A stretch of DNA of 10,033 bases from an uncultured bacterium. GTDB lineage: Bacteria; Schekmanbacteria; GWA2-38-11; J061. The position numbers and the translations under genes were made by a program. The DNA is taken from contig CAZJVM010000083.1 in assembly GCA_964549305.1 (NCBI GenBank), positions 1 to 10,033 of the forward strand, read 5' to 3'. The notes below the pieces were generated by a model, which made no database searches, was not told the origin of the DNA, and worked only from the letters and a program-made list of their open reading frames with translations. Shown here piece by piece: positions 7,752 to 10,033 of the stretch (within the stretch, counting starts at the first letter, position 1; every line of letters starts with the position of its first letter).

Positions 7752-7774
7752 AAGTGTCGGGAAACTGAACACTT
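7752..7774 (+). promoter_or_regulatory. Enhancer (bEBP/UAS) box, right distal copy
   Basis: AAGTGTCGGGAAACTGAACACTT = inverted repeat AAGTGT-N11-ACACTT containing TGTCGG-N5-TGAACACTT. Confidence 0.7.
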
Positions 7775-7852
7775 TTTAAAGACCTGAATTACGATTAACT
7801 CATTGAAATATCGACTAATAAGCTCAAATACGGCTTTTTTCCTATATTATAC

Positions 7853-7872
7853 TGTCGGAAAAATGAACACTT
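7853..7872 (+). promoter_or_regulatory. Enhancer (bEBP/UAS) box, right proximal copy
   Basis: TGTCGGAAAAATGAACACTT, 98 bp from the distal copy. Its ACA end is offset 87 nt from the -24 TGG. Confidence 0.72.
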
Positions 7873-7925
7873 GTGAAAAATAAATACATAATAATGACAA
7901 TTAGTTTTATTTAAAATCAATTAAC

Positions 7926-7938
7926 AATCAGCAGGTTA
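7926..7938 (+). promoter_or_regulatory. IHF binding site
   Basis: AATCAGCAGGTTA matches WATCARNNNNTTR in an AT-rich context. Offset 18 nt from the -24 TGG. Confidence 0.6.
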
Positions 7939-7955
7939 TAAAAAAAATTAATTAT

Positions 7956-7971
7956 TGGCATAAAAATTGCA
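7956..7971 (+). promoter_or_regulatory. Sigma-54 (RpoN) -24/-12 promoter
   Basis: TGGCATAAAAATTGCA = GG-N10-GC with TTGCA. Predicted +1 near 7982, upstream of PEP-CTERM genes, a known context for RpoN promoters. Confidence 0.85.
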
Positions 7972-8024
7972 TATTTTTGGGCAGAAACAAACTTTTTTCA
8001 TATATAACCTGGGGGAGGATTATT

Positions 8025-8762
8025 ATGAAGTATCAAAGCAAATGTGTTTTCGTATTACTTTCAGCATTAATTATCTTAGGACTATCAGGCATTTCAGAGG
8101 CAGTCCTTTATGACCAGAATGTAACTCCTGATGTTATCTTCGGTTCCGGTAACGGGAACGGATATTTTGTAACCGATACTGCCAACAATATTGAGGTCGG
8201 ACTTCGGGCAAAAGTTCCCTATGCGGGAGTTTACAACAGTGATGGCGCGGGAACATATAATATGTCCTCCGGTCCGCATCCGAAATGGGGGGATCCCGGT
8301 GCTGCCTGGAATTTTGAATTTTCGGTAAATGTCAATCAGGACGGCACGGGAAATTCCGGACTTGCCGATTTTGATATTACTTTGAGCATCGATATGGATC
8401 CGGGTCTCGGGCAGTCGTGGATAAGCTTCAATCCCTTTACCACATTTACGGATAATGCCCTCGGAGATAACAGCACCCCTAATGGCGGAGGAGACGACTC
8501 AGCGACGGCAAACGCAAACTACGGAAATTATTCGGTTGGTCAGAATTCAATGAATATTGGCTGGCTGACATTGCCTTTCGACAACATGGCACCCGGAACA
8601 TACGATTTTCAGTTGTCAGTATCTCATTCCGTTCCGCCTCTTGCCCAGACATATATGACAGTAGTTGTTGACGGAGGCGGTGCGCCGGTGCCTGAACCTT
8701 CCACGCTTCTGCTTTTAGGCGGAGGGTTAGTCGGTATTTATTTTATGAAAAGAAAAAATTAA
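8025..8762 (+). CDS. Secreted PEP-CTERM sorting domain-containing protein (245 aa)
   Basis: ATG at 8025 after SD GGGGGAGG (8011-8018). Signal peptide ending ...GISEA, G/N/D/S/T-rich mature region, C-terminal PVPEPSTLLLLGGGLVGIYFMKRKN. The ORF-track TTG at 7977 lies upstream of the predicted TSS. Confidence 0.92.
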   Translation: MKYQSKCVFVLLSALIILGLSGISEAVLYDQNVTPDVIFGSGNGNGYFVTDTANNIEVGLRAKVPYAGVYNSDGAGTYNMSSGPHPKWGDPGAAWNFEFSVNVNQDGTGNSGLADFDITLSIDMDPGLGQSWISFNPFTTFTDNALGDNSTPNGGGDDSATANANYGNYSVGQNSMNIGWLTLPFDNMAPGTYDFQLSVSHSVPPLAQTYMTVVVDGGGAPVPEPSTLLLLGGGLVGIYFMKRKN

Positions 8763-8808
8763 TTTACAAGTCGCATTAATAGGTCATCAATAAAATGGGA
8801 GGGGGAGC

Positions 8809-9870
8809 ATGAAGAAGGTGTTTTTATTTGTACTCATAGTATTGTTTGTTTCATCGTTTTCCGCGCAGGCAGATGTCCTGACCGTAATGCAGGACGGAGG
8901 CACACGCCTTGCGGCAACACAATACACTGACGGCGGATGGGGATGGCCCCTGACGGCGCCGCCTACTTACGCAAATATTCAGGGGCCTATTGCTATGGGG
9001 CTTGCGCAGGCATACGAGGCAACGGGAGATGCGGGAATGCTTTCCGCTCTTCAGGATGCCGCGACCTATTTTCAGGCGAAACCCGCCGGTTATTTTTCAC
9101 CTTCAGACGGATATATTGCGGCAGAGCTTGACAGTATTCTCGGCGGGACTGCAAATACCGATTATGTCAAAGCGAATTTCTATGATCCATTAGCCGCGGG
9201 AACTTACGACCGCAAAGGTCTCGGGACTCTCTATGATACTGCAGGATATGTAAGTCTTATCAGGACAGCAAGAGCAAACGCCGGAATAGGCAATATGGCC
9301 GCTTGGGATATCGGAATAGGTATAGTCGGAGCCAATGCTGTGGGCGCTTCCACATCGGAATGGATTGCGGGGGCAAAAGCGGAAATCGATGAACTCGACG
9401 GAAATGCATATTATGATGTTCTCGGATTGGCAGGCGCTGTTTATGGCCTTGCAACGGTTGGCGAAAACTATGACCCTACGGCAGGCGAACACACGGCGGC
9501 AAGCAGTCTTAGCGATCTTGCAGATATTCTTGCGGGATACCAGATTTGGAATTCAGGCGGTTTTACGTGGAATTCTAATTATGTCATTCCCAACGACAGT
9601 GATGAAGCTGTTCAGGAAACATCATATGCCATGCTTGCTCTCAAGGGAGTTGGCGGATATTCCGGTGAAATAGACAGGGCATCCCAGTATTTACAGTCTG
9701 TACAGCTTGGAACAGGCGGATGGGAACAATACTCCGGTTCAGGTGAAAACAACGAAATCACCGGTGAAGCGCTATGGGGAATATCGGCAAATCCCGTTCC
9801 GGAACCATCGACTCTCCTGCTTTTAGGCGGTGGATTAGCGGGATTCTTTTTTGTGAGAAGAAAAAAATAA
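8809..9870 (+). CDS. Secreted PEP-CTERM protein with prenyltransferase/squalene-cyclase-like (QW) repeats
   Basis: SD GGGAGGGGGAG. Signal peptide ending ...SAQA. Repeats LAATQYTDGGW, LAGYQIWNSGGF and YLQSVQLGTGGW, plus ETSYAMLAL. C-terminal PVPEPSTLLLLGGGLAGFFFVRRKK. Confidence 0.9.
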   Translation: MKKVFLFVLIVLFVSSFSAQADVLTVMQDGGTRLAATQYTDGGWGWPLTAPPTYANIQGPIAMGLAQAYEATGDAGMLSALQDAATYFQAKPAGYFSPSDGYIAAELDSILGGTANTDYVKANFYDPLAAGTYDRKGLGTLYDTAGYVSLIRTARANAGIGNMAAWDIGIGIVGANAVGASTSEWIAGAKAEIDELDGNAYYDVLGLAGAVYGLATVGENYDPTAGEHTAASSLSDLADILAGYQIWNSGGFTWNSNYVIPNDSDEAVQETSYAMLALKGVGGYSGEIDRASQYLQSVQLGTGGWEQYSGSGENNEITGEALWGISANPVPEPSTLLLLGGGLAGFFFVRRKK

Positions 9871-9896
9871 AATAGACTTCAGGTTCTATTATCCTC

Positions 9897-9934
9897 AAAT
9901 CCCTGCATCATTGATTGATGCGGGGATTTTTTTA
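9897..9934 (+). terminator. Rho-independent terminator
   Basis: AAATCCCTGCATCA / TTGAT loop / TGATGCGGGGATTT (14-bp stem with one G-U pair) running into a T tract, about 27 nt after the last PEP-CTERM stop. Confidence 0.88.
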
Positions 9935-9968
9935 TGTCCATAGTGACGCATTTTTCATTCGCCATTTC

Positions 9969-9998
9969 TTGACAGTGGAGACCTTCATAAAGAATAAT
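9969..9998 (+). promoter_or_regulatory. Possible sigma-70 promoter for the next gene outside the window
   Basis: TTGACA (9969-9974), an 18-nt spacer and AATAAT (9993-9998), just after the terminator. Confidence 0.4.
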
Positions 9999-10033
9999 AT
10001 TAGGGATAGATAAGAGTGGTGTGTTGTGTTTTA

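Noticed and set aside
7977-8024. ORF-track TTG start for the first PEP-CTERM gene
   Set aside because: It lies upstream of the predicted sigma-54 TSS (about 7982) and lacks an SD. The ATG at 8025 has GGGGGAGG and gives a clean signal peptide.
8763-8768. TTTACA between the two PEP-CTERM genes as an activator half-site
   Set aside because: An isolated hexamer with no sigma-54 element in the 46-nt gap. The second gene is more simply co-transcribed.
8094-9673. Small overlapping ORFs within the PEP-CTERM genes
   Set aside because: Shadow frames with no recognisable protein features.
8685-9870. Similar 78-nt 3' ends of the two PEP-CTERM genes (8685-8762 and 9793-9870) as a recombination or shufflon repeat
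   Set aside because: The first 15 aa are identical but 9 of 15 codons differ at the third position, and the longest exact match is 14 nt. This fits protein-level selection rather than a DNA-level repeat, and no recombinase is present.

Overview
Bacterial (Gram-negative/diderm, LPS-producing) chromosomal window. The centre (805-7714, + strand) is a compact housekeeping operon: valS, nadC, kdsA, acpS, a galactokinase-like GHMP kinase and tsaD, preceded by a good sigma-70 promoter. Each AT-rich flank carries the same outward-facing regulatory module: two copies of a 20-bp box TRTCGG-N5-TGAACACTT (TGT-N11-ACA core, an enhancer-type site), then an IHF consensus site, then a sigma-54 -24/-12 element. 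The IHF-to-promoter and proximal-box-to-promoter spacings are almost identical on the two sides. The right module (7752-7971, +) sits upstream of two secreted PEP-CTERM (exosortase-target) proteins, the second with prenyltransferase/squalene-cyclase-like QW repeats, followed by an intrinsic terminator. The left module (564-370, -) points at two things absent from the ORF track: an orphan PEP-CTERM sorting tail with no in-frame start codon (285-151) and a gene with a prepilin-like N-terminus that runs off the window (116-1).
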